Assembly: GCA_965113315.1 (NCBI GenBank)
Contig: OZ220374.1
Reading direction: 5' to 3' (one strand)
DNA length: 64,000 bases
From: Podarcis vaucheri
Taxonomy: Eukaryota
In this document: positions 50,953 through 64,000 of the stretch, piece by piece
Layout: each line of letters begins with the position of its first letter
Position numbering within the stretch: position 1 is the stretch's first letter
Notes under the pieces: generated by a model
The model's database searches: none
Seen by the model: only the letters and a program-made list of their open reading frames with translations
What the model was told of the DNA's origin: nothing
Position numbers and translations under genes: made by a program

Positions 50953-53421
50953 TATATACTGTCCCTCATCAAAAGATACCAGGGAGGTTCACAGAATAAA
51001 AAACAGAGATAAAACACAAGTAAACAATTAAACCAAAACACAAACCAATGCCCCCCATTCCCACAGACACATGCAAAAGGTGGTAGAATATTGCTTATAG
51101 TGATATTATCTAAATTTGAAATTGAGAAACAGAAACAAGAAACTACTATGAGCTTAGCCTAAATCTTCCAGTTCTAAAAATTGGGGCTTTTTTATGACTC
51201 TGTATTCTCAAAACTCTCTTGTATTTGCCAAAAAGAGGTGCCACAAGCAAGGAGGGCTGACATGAGAGAGGACCCATCTTTAAAATTCTATATTGCTCTG
51301 CTACAGCATCCATTTCTGACTGGAAAACAAAGTTCCCAGTCCCTGTCTGCTTAATGGACAGAGCTGGGAGGAGCGGGGAGCATTTTACGTATAGCAATAG
51401 AGTATTCTAGGCTTTAAAGACTACTCCTTTACTGTTGCCGAATTGCTCCCTGCCTCTTTCTGCAGTCTGCCAGGGTATGTTTTGGGAACGTTGGGCTAAT
51501 GGAAATAGTGGTGGTGAGGAAAATTTTCTCTGTTTTTGTGTTTTCAGGATTTATTGGCGAACTCTCAGAAAGACCTCAAGATCTGTTTGTTTATTTTGTC
51601 AGAGTTCTCAGAGAAAGCCTGTTTTGTCAAAATAATGCCAGGCAAGAGTAAAACAAAGTTCTGAGTGGAGAATAGTAATGGGGAAAGAAACTAAAGGGGT
51701 ATCCCACTGGAATATAGTAAGAAAATAGACCAACACAAATGTGGTTTATTAAGACCTTCCAATTGCTCTCTTTTGCAATCCCACCCTTTAATTCTCCCTC
51801 TCCTCTTTTACCCCTGAGCAAGCATGGAAGTACTAACCACGGGAGTTAGATTACAGACATGCTTGAAAGTAATTATCCCCTTATTCATTTTTGTTTAAAA
51901 AAATATTAGGATTACAATAAATTTATACACATAGCCAGAATAGTAGAATATAGTGTCCTTAAAATTCTGTCTTGGTCTTCTACTTTTTATTGATGCTGCT
52001 GCTAATTTTTAAGAATGGATGTGTATGTTTGGGACACTTCCATTCTCCTCCATATTGCCATTTTAGCTTGTTCTCCTGTGGAATGTTCTGGTACTTTCTC
52101 CTGACTTGTTAGATAAGCCGTTTTCAGTATTTTTATGTGAGGAAACATTAATAATGCCATATTCACAAGGGTAAAATAATTAGAGGTGTGCACCAGTCAC
52201 AAGATTCAACTTGCATCTGTAGCTTTGGGAAGCAGCCCAATCTGTTTCAGAACTGCTCTGTGCCTTTCCAATTCAGATCTAATTCATCAGATTAGATCTG
52301 TTAAAAAATGAAGCTCTGTTTCCTCCCACCCATTTCACTCTAATGGGGAATTCAAAAATGGTTATAACTTTTTTTTCCTTTTTCACAGAAGTGGATGAAA
52401 TTTGAAAGCAAAAGAGCCCCTCTAGTTTAGATTAAACCTTAAAGGCAGACACATCAAGGTGTTTTAATGCAGGGCACTTTTAAAAGTTTGTTTTCAAAAG
52501 AAAAAAAGGTATTTTATTTTTTTACAAGACACGGATGTAAACCTGCGCTACATAGATGACAATTTTACTATTTTATATATAGTTTCTTAGAGGGTTGAAA
52601 AAAGCAATTGCAATTAGTGGAAGCACTGTAATATGTCTGCACACACTTGCACTATAATGAAAAAATCAGTTTTACCTGCCTAGCCGTGAGGTGGCTTTTG
52701 CAAGAGTTGTAGTAGTACCTGACACATACAGAACAGACACATGCTAGAGAGTTGCAGGGGGAGCGCAGAACTTTGAGAGTCTTGGTTCAGGTTCTATACA
52801 GCAGACCACAAGCACAGAGCTTATTTCAGCAATAATTTCTGTTAAATATACTAGTGCTGTAAACTGTGTACATTAATTTGCTGTTTGTTTTTAATTTGTA
52901 AACCTCTGTTTTCATTTTATGTGGGAACTTTAAAATAATATTTGACAGTGTTTTCACAACATTGTGGCCCAGCTGTCCTGAAGGGTTGCTACTGTGTCGT
53001 CAAATAGAGCTAATTTTAGCCCGAGTAAACCATAAACCTGTGAAATGGCTTAAACATGTAGTAGCTCTCACCCAAAGTAATGGATATGAAAAAATTATTC
53101 CAGGTCCAGTGCAGATAAGATAGAACATTGATAGAGTAGTCCTATATGCGTCATCTCAGAAGCCCTACTGAGTTCAATGGGACTTACTCCCAGGTAAGTG
53201 TGTATCGGATGATTCCTCCCCCCCCCTCCCAAATTGCAAAAAATACCAAACTCAGTATGAGGAGAGCTAGTTTAGCTGTACTAGTAATCATAACTACCTA
53301 CACTCACTTAAACACACTTAAAACTGATACATTTTCTATGAAGTATGACATTCGTCACATCTGCTACTGCAATGAAAATAAAAGGTTCCTTACTTTAGGT
53401 TAATCACTACTCCCACTATTT

Positions 53422-53655
53422 CCCCTATTTTTTGCTCTATAAGACTCACTTTTTCCCTCCTAAAAAGTAAGGGGAAATGTGTGTGCGTCTTATGGAGCGA
53501 ATGCAGGCTGCACAGCTATCACAGAAGTCAGAACAGCAAGAGGGATTGCTGCTTTCACTGCGTAGCGATCCCTCTTGCTGTTTTTGGCTTCTGAGATTCA
53601 GAATAGTTTTTTTCTTGTTTTCCTTCTCCAAAAACTAGGTGCGTCTTGTGGTACA
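53422..53655. mobile_element. Partial Tc2/pogo-like MITE
   Basis: TATTTTTTGCTCTATAAGAC end similar to the 45279 element, with internal GCGTCTTAT inverted motifs. Confidence 0.6.
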
Positions 53656-55744
53656 TTTCTGATCATCCCGAATGATTAAGGCCTGTTATTCAGTCATCTT
53701 AGATGCAAAAATTGCTTTCATAATAGAAACTACCGTTTCTGTCTTCATAGAGGTGGGTGATAGATAGCCTTACTGAAGTGAAGGCATGATGTTTCGACTC
53801 TCTGCAACCCAAGGTTTCCTACTTTCTACTTCCTTCTTTAGAGAAAACCCACTTCTCTTTCCTTGCCTGCCTGTAATCATAGTTTAGCATTGCTTGTATA
53901 TGAATGATGATAATATGGTTAATACTTACTATGGTTACAAGAAGGTGAAAATCCTACATTTGGCTCCCAGTTTCCTAGACAATGATTTGTCTCACCAGTA
54001 TGGGTTGGAAATTGACTTGTGTTCATCAGAGTTCTGCTCACACTGCAGGAGGGGGTGAAGACAGTTTTTGCCTATCCCTTTTCTCTCTGTGCCCTCTGAA
54101 AGCCTTCTCTGGTGGCTTGGGCGATCCCCCAGAACAGCACAGGCAGCTGCAGGTAAAAGAGAAAATGGGTGAAAATTGCTGCCCCTGCTTCCTCCAATAG
54201 GCAGCATCTACAAATCTCATTCAGTTCCATGAATAGAAGCAGCTCTTTCATTCACAGAAGGAACTGTCCTGGCTGCCACCCAAGAACAACAACAGGTGTA
54301 CTTTCTTGGAAGTAAGAAGCCATGTTTTATTCAGACAGCATAAACTCAGCAACAAGAGAAGAAATTAGTTCAGATGCCCCTGGACATCAGCGATGAAGCA
54401 TAGATCAAACCAAACTTTAGGTTTGCAGGCTCAGGAGCTGCAGTCTGAGACTGTGCATGAATGAGCATGAAGCTGTTCCAACAATTGACCGTATCTACCC
54501 CCCCCCCTTTGAACAGATGTGCAGACCTAGCCAGGCCCTCCTTCTTGGAAACTGGGTCTGCCCCTGGCTGTGGAGGTGCTGTCATTGATTCGGAGACAAT
54601 AAACGACTTTCATTCTCCCTTGACAGCTCATTCGATGCCATGGAGCTCTCCTCTGGCACTGAACGGACTTCCCTGGCATTGGATAACCCCACCTCCTCCC
54701 ACTAAACCAAGGAAGTGGGGGGCTGTGAGATTTCCAGAGGGAGATTCTCATCAGAAAGGCTCTGCTCCTGGTCCAGGGCTTGAGTGGGAGACCTCCGATA
54801 ACCATTTGTCTCTTCCTCCCATTCATCGTCACCTGAATCCTCGGGGAGGGAAACACTTTGGATCCTACCCATTATCTATACTAGAAGAAAGAATTTTGTG
54901 GCATGTAGGGGGTTTTTCTTGTAAAGCCACCAACTAGACATCTTGAGCTGAATAGATGAATATAAACATTTCAGGACTGTAAAGATATAATAGAAAAGCA
55001 GTATCATTGTGGGATAGATAAGGAGTCCAACATAAAACAACAAATTATCATTAATGGAAGGGAAGGGGCTACAGAAGTTGTATATGGTAGAAAACAGGTC
55101 AGGGTGTGTTTTTTTAAATCGTGTGTACTGTAAGGTATTGTACAGTTTTCCTCAGCTGACAATATTTGTAGTGAATTTGAGGCTTTTTAATGCTTCTTAA
55201 TGTACCTATGTATTTCATATTTGTACAGTAGAAGTTTCTGGTTACAAACCCAAACCTAATAGAGGTCACTTTCCGTTCTGGAATAGACTTTCCATTCTGT
55301 TGGAAAGTTTTATTGTAGACTGGTGTCAATACTATAACATAATAGGAGAGAGAATTTAAACATCAGAGCCTTTAGTTGCTCTGTTGTCTAGCCTTTGAGA
55401 TCATTGCTATTGAAATGAAACAAGCTTGGACTACAGAGGCTTTTGAATCTAGACTTAAAAGTTATTTGTTGATCTTTTTTATATTATTCTATTAAGGATT
55501 GTATAAATTTAATGTAACTCCTAATGTTGTCAAAGTGCCATGGTTACTTGCATAGTAGATGTTACAACATTCATAACATTTATACTTGAATATGAAGCAT
55601 TAATATATGACCATAAACAGTTCATATAGATAACATTCAACTGCTAATTAAACATTAGAACAAAAAAGTGAAATATTATTGACAATCGCCTTAAAGCATA
55701 ATTTTATTACGCTTATTGGCTTTGGCTTTGTGTACTTGCTCCTG

Positions 55745-55876
55745 CTCCTGCTGGCCACATGACCCAGAAGCTATCTGCGGACAATCGCTGACTCCCTCGG
55801 CCAGTAAAGCGAGATGAGCGCCGCAACCCCAGAGTCGTTCGCGACTGCACTTAATGTTCAGGGGTCCCTTTACCTT
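55745..55876 (+). mobile_element. 5'-truncated Sauria SINE
   Basis: Matches the 3' third of the 48405 copy; 12-bp TSD TACTTGCTCCTG (55733-55744 and 55877-55888). Confidence 0.9.
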
Positions 55877-57102
55877 TACTTGCTCCTGAAATGTATGGCA
55901 TACAATCATTAGAAAATTCTTCAGGGGTGGGGTTTAAGGGTGGGGCAGAATGTAGGAAAACCATCAAAGTTCCCAGATTCGTGAAGTTTGGAGACTGCCA
56001 TTTCAGCTAGGGAGAATGGGAAATGGAAGAGTCACTTAAGCAAGTGGTTGTGGGGAGAAAACGCATCAGGTGAGAGTCTAGAAAATGAGGATGGGAGAAT
56101 ATTAAGGTCTTTGCTGGCGTGCCAGATTCATTCTGTCCTTTGATCAAATAATCTGATGATGAGTTTATCAGATTTTAATCTAGTTGTACTATTTGTTTCC
56201 CACAACATTTTACTGGAGTGAGTCCATCTCTCACCTAATCTTATTTCTATGCATTGCCTCTATCCTTGCTTTTCTTCTTCTGTTCGCTCTGAATTTTGCA
56301 CTGCCTCACCCCCTTAGTCCTGATACCTTATTGTAATTAAGCCAAAATATTTGTAATAACCACACATTTGACCCTTGCTTCCTCTCTCCTCCCCTTTCGC
56401 TTCTATGTGTCTCTTTTGGATTGTAGGCCACTTGGGATGGGGGGGGGGGATGTTGCATCTGTTCTGAGTAAAGTGTCATGTGCACAGGATTCAAGCTCAG
56501 CCGGTTTTTTTCTCACCTATTTCATCATTTGTATCCTGGCAATGGCCCAGGAACTGAACAGCCTCTCCTGATTCAAAACTCATTAAGAAATAGAACTAAG
56601 TGTAATTGGCATACTGATAGTACCTCACCCTAAAACTCCTAATGACCACTCCCAATGGCTTCATGTTGGTATTAAATAGAAGCAGATATAAGATAGTCCT
56701 CCTGGTTGTTGTTTATCCCATTCCTTTTGTACGCTCCTGATAAAAATCACATATCTGGTCAAATGTTATCCATTCTTATTTGAATAGGTTTTCATGTGTT
56801 GAAAAGCAGGGGAAGTCGCATGAAGATTTTTCCTTTTGCAAACAGTGTTTCATATAGTGCAATTTTTTGCGGGGGGGGGAGAAGGGAGAGAAATGAAGGA
56901 ACATGTAAGTGTTGACCTATTGGAAGTGCATTCCCTTGACACATTCAGAACACTTGCAAAAATAGTGCTGGTTCAGAGCAAGTCTTTTCACAGCTTTCTC
57001 TACCTCCCAGCCCCAAATTGTTCACCTTATTCCTAGCAATAGTTAAGGCCATCATGTTTATGTTGTGAAACACATCTGTGGGTGAAGGATGGCATATAAA
57101 TG

Positions 57103-57133
<31 letters not shown>

Positions 57134-57391
57134 GTAGCCAATCCAGATTTTGGCTACATGGTGGTGCCACTAAGGTAAAATGAAGATACTCTGGAGTGAA
57201 GGCAATGCCATCACCCACAAATCTTCACCTATAAAATATTCCCTACATGAAGGACATAAGCCAGAGAACTATGTCATCACGCCCCTGACTGACTGGCTGG
57301 CTGACTTCTTCTTCTTCCTAGGTGTAATTCTGTAACATGTCATTGACACAATAACAAATTAGTGGTAGATTTATACTAGACCAGCCATGCA

Positions 57392-57513
57392 CCATTCCCC
57401 AGATTTTGTTGGACTACAACTTCCGTCATCCCCAAGCTCTGGCCTTGCTAGCTAGGGGTGATGGGAGTTGTAGTTCAACAACATCTGGCAACCCAGAGGT
57501 TGAGAAAGGCTGC
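57392..57513. mobile_element. Hairpin MITE (hAT-like)
   Basis: CCAGAT.TTGTTGGACTACAACTTCC...GGGAGTTGTAGTTCAACAACATCTGG fold-back. Confidence 0.75.
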
Positions 57514-60500
57514 TCTACAATGATGCCCAGTGTTAGGGAATCATTTTAGTCAGGAAGGGCACTATAGCGCAATACAAGCAGGACGAGCCACTTGCCTGAT
57601 CCCCCCCCCCCAAAAAAAAAGTGTGAAAATTGCAGTATTTCAGCAGGAAGCTACAGGACATTAGAAATGAAGCAGTATGTCCACCCCAAGACTTTTATAG
57701 GCACAGACAATATTGGAAATGTCATCACATATAACTGCCCTGACACCATCATGAGCCCAAATTATCATGTATAGACTGTAAAAAGGACATCTGAAAGGCG
57801 CCTCTGTCAGACTAGTTTTTAGAAGGGCAGCATGCTTTCTAATATGGGGAAATATTTTAAATGTGTTTTCTCTAATCTGAAGTGATACGGTTCTTAGCTT
57901 TTCCTTTCAAATGAAGAACAATGTGAATAAAAAGTACCTCAGATAGTTTTCTTTTTCTTTCTTTTTCCTGGATGTATGTGGCCTAATTTGTTTTGCATAG
58001 ACTGGTAGGCTATCAATGTTCTATGAGTGTTGTCACAGTATTGTATAGAACAGCTCTTGCGCATTCTGGTGCTTGACAAACTTATTTGCACAGTTGGTCA
58101 CTGTGTGCCAATTCAAACTGTCAGTTTAAAGCTGCACAATGAAAGGGAAAGTTGCGTGAATGGGACCCAAGTCTACTGCAGGCTAAAGCTTTTAGCATGG
58201 TAATAGATACTTGGAATAATAAATCTGATACGGGGTTATCTGTGTTTTAGTTTGTCCACCTTCATAGGCTTCTGCTTCCATTTGCATTGTAGCCTTTAAT
58301 GCCTTGCCTTTTATCATTATAGCTCCAGATGTGTCCTGGACATTGTGGATTTTCTAGGGTGAAACTGTCTCAGGTGTATCAATAGGTCTTGAAATATCAC
58401 AAGACATTTCCATTTAAACATGAAAAAACACCAAAATCTTGAGGCCTAATATTGGTGTATTGTAGCAACAATTTCATAATTAAACTTTATAAATCTACCT
58501 ATGCATAGGATGGTGTACTTCCTACTCGCTGATCCATCTTCAACAAAGGTCATCAATGAGCTGACAAATGTGATCAGTTGACCTTTTATCAGTTGCATCT
58601 GATAACTCTGTCACTTTGTCGAAAACAGGAGCTAGCAGCCATAACTTCCAACTTTGTATTTAATGGATTGCCTACTGCAGGGCACTATATATTATCCCTG
58701 AGGACAATTCTGAAGATTCACAAGCTGCAGCTCACCTCTTGACTGTAGAATGAGTAGTTGCACTTGAGTAAAAATAACTCAAAGTCCAAGTGAAGACTCT
58801 CAGCATTATCAGATCATCAAGTTACAATTCCAGATTTGCCACGCTTGTGACGAGGGTTGTCTTGAAAATGACGGTTCCACTATATCTGTCATAAAGGAAT
58901 GCCAAATCTTATTTAAAAGTGTCTGGAGCTTCTAGTAACAATAGAAGAAGACATTTCTGACATTTGCAAAGGAGTGGGATACCATCTGTGTAATAATTTT
59001 AAGGGGTTTTCTCTAAGAAAACTGTAAAAAAAAAATTCTAAGGGTCATGATTCCCAAATCTTATTCCAATCCTTTGGAAGAATTTATGTGCCAATATCTA
59101 AGTCCTATATGTTTTTAAGGGGTTCCTGAGATCCACAAGTTATATTAATCAATATAGAATACAAATTAGAAAGGAATCCTTTCCCCTCTGTACCAATAGT
59201 CTTTCTCCTCCTGCCTGTTGAGTTCTTCTGAAGAAGCCCTGATATTTCAGGATCTGGGAAAAGCGGGTAGGAGCTGGCCTTTTTCTGAAGGTTTAGAATA
59301 TCTTTCATGTTCAGATCCACCAAGCTTCTTCTGTCTATTCACCTTTATGAAGAAATGAGGGGTGTTTTTGTTTTTTTGTTTTTGTTATACTAATATTATA
59401 TAGCAATTTCTTTTGGGTGGTTGTTTAGGAATCATTTTGTCTTAAAATTGAAATCAGTTTCAATACTCACTTGCAAAGCTGAAGTGTAAGGACTAGGTTT
59501 TTCTTTTCTTTTTGCTAAATAGCTCTACAGACCCTGGTCCATTGAGAACAAAATCTGGTGGTTGTCCTCCATTGCAGACAGAAGGATGTAATGAATGAGG
59601 GCAACACAAGCAAGACTTGTGGGTGGGATGGGAATATCAACTGGAGGGTTGTGGTTTGTTTTTTCTTCAAGTACATGCAACGTGAAGCTGAGGTCCATAG
59701 TCATGGATTCTGGTATCATTTACATTGGATATGCATGACGTGTTTGTTGGGGAGCTGTGGGTATATATATTTTCAGAAACTGAAAAATTCGGTTATCAGA
59801 AGCCCTTTAAAAAACCCTAATGTTTGAAATGGGCTTTCCTTACCCACTCCTCATTTCTCTTCTGTGTCTGATGAATAGAAAAGAGAGTCTACAGAATTGG
59901 GAACAGCCTTTAATAGTACTGGGTGAAGGGGAGAGAGACAGAAAGAAGAAAAGGAACCAGTACTTTGACAGATTGTTCATTAAATGTCCCTTTTATTGAG
60001 AATTATAAAAACAAGGTGCTTAACACTGCTGGGTCATTAATGTGATACATTAAAAGGTTACTGTCAAGATAATTTTTCAGTTCTGAAAATTGACGGTAAA
60101 GGTTTATAGACAGTGCTCTTAATATTCTGCTTCGAAGATAAGGTATCTTTTAACTTGCCACTTGACAAAATCATTATGTTGTTATAAGCCTACTCGTGGA
60201 GAGTGTGATTAATGTTAAAGCATAAATAAAACCTTATTTGAAGTGGGGTGGGGGGAGATTTGGGTTGCTTATAGCAAATCCTAATTTAACAGATGTTGAC
60301 TTGTGTACAAGGTGGTGATGTGGAAATACTGAGTGACAGGTTAGTATACAATTAACCTTGTTTAATTCTTTCATTGTCTTCCACCTACAGTGTGGCATTT
60401 CAAATCCACGCTTCCTTTCCAATAGAATTAGGGGGAACCCCTTTGCTGATATTAATTAGCATTCGTGATACAAATAGCCATCTTTTTGGGTATTTGTGAG

Positions 60501-63500
60501 ATCTCCATTTTTCAAAAGATTTTTTTAAAAAAAACTCCTAGAAATGTGCTGGCAACACATGGATGGGAAGAAATAAGAGAAACTCTCTAGCAAGCTCTGT
60601 GCATAAAAGGAATATTGCATCTTGCACACTCCTGATTACCCTGTATAAACAGCTTTTGACATCTGTCTTTATAGTTTTTGAGGAGAGGAAGACTTTGTTA
60701 AAAGAACCATTTTTGTATAGCAGTCACCATTTCAGGCTTGCTTTACCTGTAATATGAAAGCAGATGGTCTGCATGTCTTTTGAATATTTATAACTATCAA
60801 AAACAATCTCTTGTTATTCACCCTTAGGCTTATGAGATGTCAGGACTGTTCTNNNNNNNNNNNNNNNNNNNNNNNNNNNNNNNNNNNNNNNNNNNNNNNN
60901 NNNNNNNNNNNNNNNNNNNNNNNNNNNNNNNNNNNNNNNNNNNNNNNNNNNNNNNNNNNNNNNNNNNNNNNNNNNNNNNNNNNNNNNNNNNNCTTGCCCC
61001 CTCTGCTGATAGAGCTTGAAAGCTTTCAAGAACAATGAGCCAGTTATATAAATGATTCTTTTTCATTTCCAGTTTAAACAATCAGAAAGGACTATGGAAG
61101 TTCTGGCTATGATACTTTTGGAAGGGCATACTTTTCACATGCAAAAATAGACAAAATATCTCTGTTCTCAATATCTTAGAACATCTATTTCTTAAGTTAC
61201 CTCCTACGTCAGATGGCACTTTTTGGTAAATTCGTATCTTCTTTGATGAAGCTGTTCTTGGTCTTCTTTACAGATATGTAAAAAATTATACTTAAAAATG
61301 GCGAGTGGGGCGGCGGCATGGAATTTGGGGACAGTGGAGGATAAATGGTTTTGTGACCTGAAGCTGAGCAATCACAGATAACAGATTTTGTAGTGGCTGG
61401 TTGATTTGGCAGCAAAGCATGAACAGTTTTGGTTTAGATGATTGAACTGACCTGATTAACGTTGTTTTTTCCGTTGCTTCCCAGAATGAACAACAATGCA
61501 TTTTTAATCATAAGCCATTTACGATGAGAGAACCTACAGGTCATAGTTAAGAAAGGCCATCTATAATATGCTGTACTGGTTGATGAAGATTGGATCAGAT
61601 ATAAAAGTACACCTAGGGATAAATCTTCTCTTGTCTTATGAATAAACAATATTCAACCTCAGGCCCCCACCCCCTTTAAATAACAAAATGTATACGAAAT
61701 TACTGAGATGCCATCTTATCCCATATTATGCAAGCCTGGGATTCAGAATATAGGATACATTTTAAAGCTGTCTAGATGAAGCAAAAATGAACTTGGGTGG
61801 GGGGTGGGAATCAATCCCTATTGCCACATAGTTATGGAAGAGATAATTATAAATAATGTATTTGGCTGTAAAAGAAAGCTCAGTCTGTGGCAGATGGTAG
61901 CATCCCAGTGTAGTAGGGCTTTTGGAAAGGTGGCACCATTTCAGATCAAATCTTCATCAGACTCTCAGAAAAAGAACTACAAGTACTGTGCATGTATAAA
62001 TTTGGGTACTTTTTGATCTTAGAGACACATATGAACTCAAGCAATTTTGCAGTAGATGTGCAGAGACACACAGATCTGTCGGCAGTTTAAATTGTCCAAT
62101 TTTTTTTCCTTTCCCAGGAAAGGGCAAAAGCTGTTACCAGTGTCACTATCTGTGACACTATAACTTGCTATATTTTATGCTATTTCTTTTTTGCCTGTAT
62201 TTTAAAACTTTTTGCAGCCATAGGTAGCACAGAGAAAACAACTGAAAATACGTCTTTGCAAATCTTTTTTGCCAGCTAGCAATATTTAAGATAACTTTAG
62301 AAGTATTTGAAGCGGAAAGAAAAATGGTAAAAGCCAGCTTCAGAAAAATCTCAGTGCGAACCTTTAAATGTATTGCAGTGTTATATTCACTTGGGAGTTG
62401 TATATTTGAAAGATGATATATATATGTGAAAAAGTCCTTTTCATGTGAAATTGAATGAACACAAGATTGCCTTGCAGAGAGTTGACAACAGTAATCTTTT
62501 AGCTGTCTTTCTGATATGATACTTAGCTAGCACGTGACAACAGGATTGACAGCCGCCTGTCATTTTATAGACTTGAAAAGTCCCACAGGTGTTAATTCTC
62601 ATGATGTCTTTATCTTGGCACTTCGATTTTGGACTTCCATGATTTCTGCCTCATGCCATTGCTTCACCATACACAGTCCTTGTACTGTTTTGATCCTCTG
62701 CTACCCACCTTTATAGATTCATAAAGGACAAGTAGTGTTACAAACAAGGTAGTTATCTGATCAAGCCCCTTCTGGTTCATTGTAAGAGTTATGATTAAAG
62801 AAACTTAGATGGCTTGTCACCCATCTGTAAGGATGGGAAGAAGGTCTAGTGTACTGTGCCACACCCAACAGGTAAATTGTGTTGTCCTCTGAAGGTGAGG
62901 GATGGAGTTGCAAATCGGGGGGGGGGATGCAACTTCACTTTAGTACCTGGTATAACAAGCTCAACTACTATCTCTGTTATGAGTGGAGGGTGGATCCAGT
63001 CAGATTCATCTTAATGTATTAAATTGATATATTTCCTTGCATATGTTAAGGATTATTTCCTATTGAGCCTGAAAACTGAAAATAGCACTTGATTAGTGGG
63101 GGAAGTAGGGGATAAAATTATTCTAGAAATTTATTCTTTATAGAAATACTATTAGAATTTTAGGTGTGCATAATTAAATAATACCAGATGAATATGATGC
63201 AAAAATTGAATCATGTAGCTTCCTTCAATAAGACTTATAAGCAGATATCTTGGACCATTCATTATAAATTGCCGGGTTTGCCATTTTTCCCTAGGTGGGT
63301 GTACCTGTGTTTACATAGTCATGTGAGAAGATCGTGCAAGCTTCGATTTTGTTGCATTTTCTTGCCCTGGAAGCCTCATAACATAGCAGCTTTAAAATGT
63401 GTCAAAACAAAACTTTACATGATTTTTAACACAAGGGAGAATATGTGTTGTCTTCCATTAATGTATATTTGTGTGGGGAAACAGCCCCCAGAGGGTCATG

Positions 63501-63621
63501 GGCTAGATAAAAAGATGACAAAATTTTTGCAAGCGATGCTACGCTGGTATTTCTGTCAAAGATACTGGCACAAATAGCAGGGATCTAAAGAATTAGAATT
63601 CAATATAGTACTGAGTCTTAA

Positions 63622-63834
<213 letters not shown>

Positions 63835-64000
63835 TGAAGTAATGGTGACTACTTGTTTATGATTTGAAGCACTTTTAAGCTTATTCAAATTCTGGAAACT
63901 TGGACTTGTTTTTGCTAATATGTACAAGAGATGAGAGAAAGTTTTCCTGCTCCCGGAACACTTTTTGTACAGTATAGCCAAGGAAGAGGAAGAAAGCTGT

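Noticed and set aside
54370-54937. 158-aa ORF in a GC-richer intronic patch
   Set aside because: No recognisable domain or convincing splice sites; possibly a decayed repeat that I cannot classify.

Overview
Vertebrate genomic DNA from a squamate reptile, probably a lacertid lizard judging from its Sauria/Squam1- and Squam3-type SINEs. The window holds the 5' half of SATB1 on the + strand: a distal CpG-island promoter (~2.9-6.3 kb), a proximal CpG-island promoter with a non-coding first exon (~32.2-34.6 kb), and five coding exons (37164-37374, 41255-41431, 42001-42127, 42846-42969, 63703-63814). The exons splice in frame to residues 1-250 (NLS, ULD and CUTL domains), and the gene continues beyond the window. 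The most notable accessory feature is a young, intact, single-ORF L2-clade LINE (~16246-20176) nested in an old CR1 fossil. Its 5' end is a 131-bp tandem monomer array, each complete unit carrying a GC-rich box, a TATA box and a splice donor. Its 3' cUUCGg stem-loop covaries with the tail of a Squam3-type SINE in the same window. Also present are Penelope-like remnants, SINEs with clean target-site duplications, MITEs, microsatellites and five N runs. Almost all other ORF-track entries are spurious. Repeat family names and human comparisons are from memory, not from database searches.
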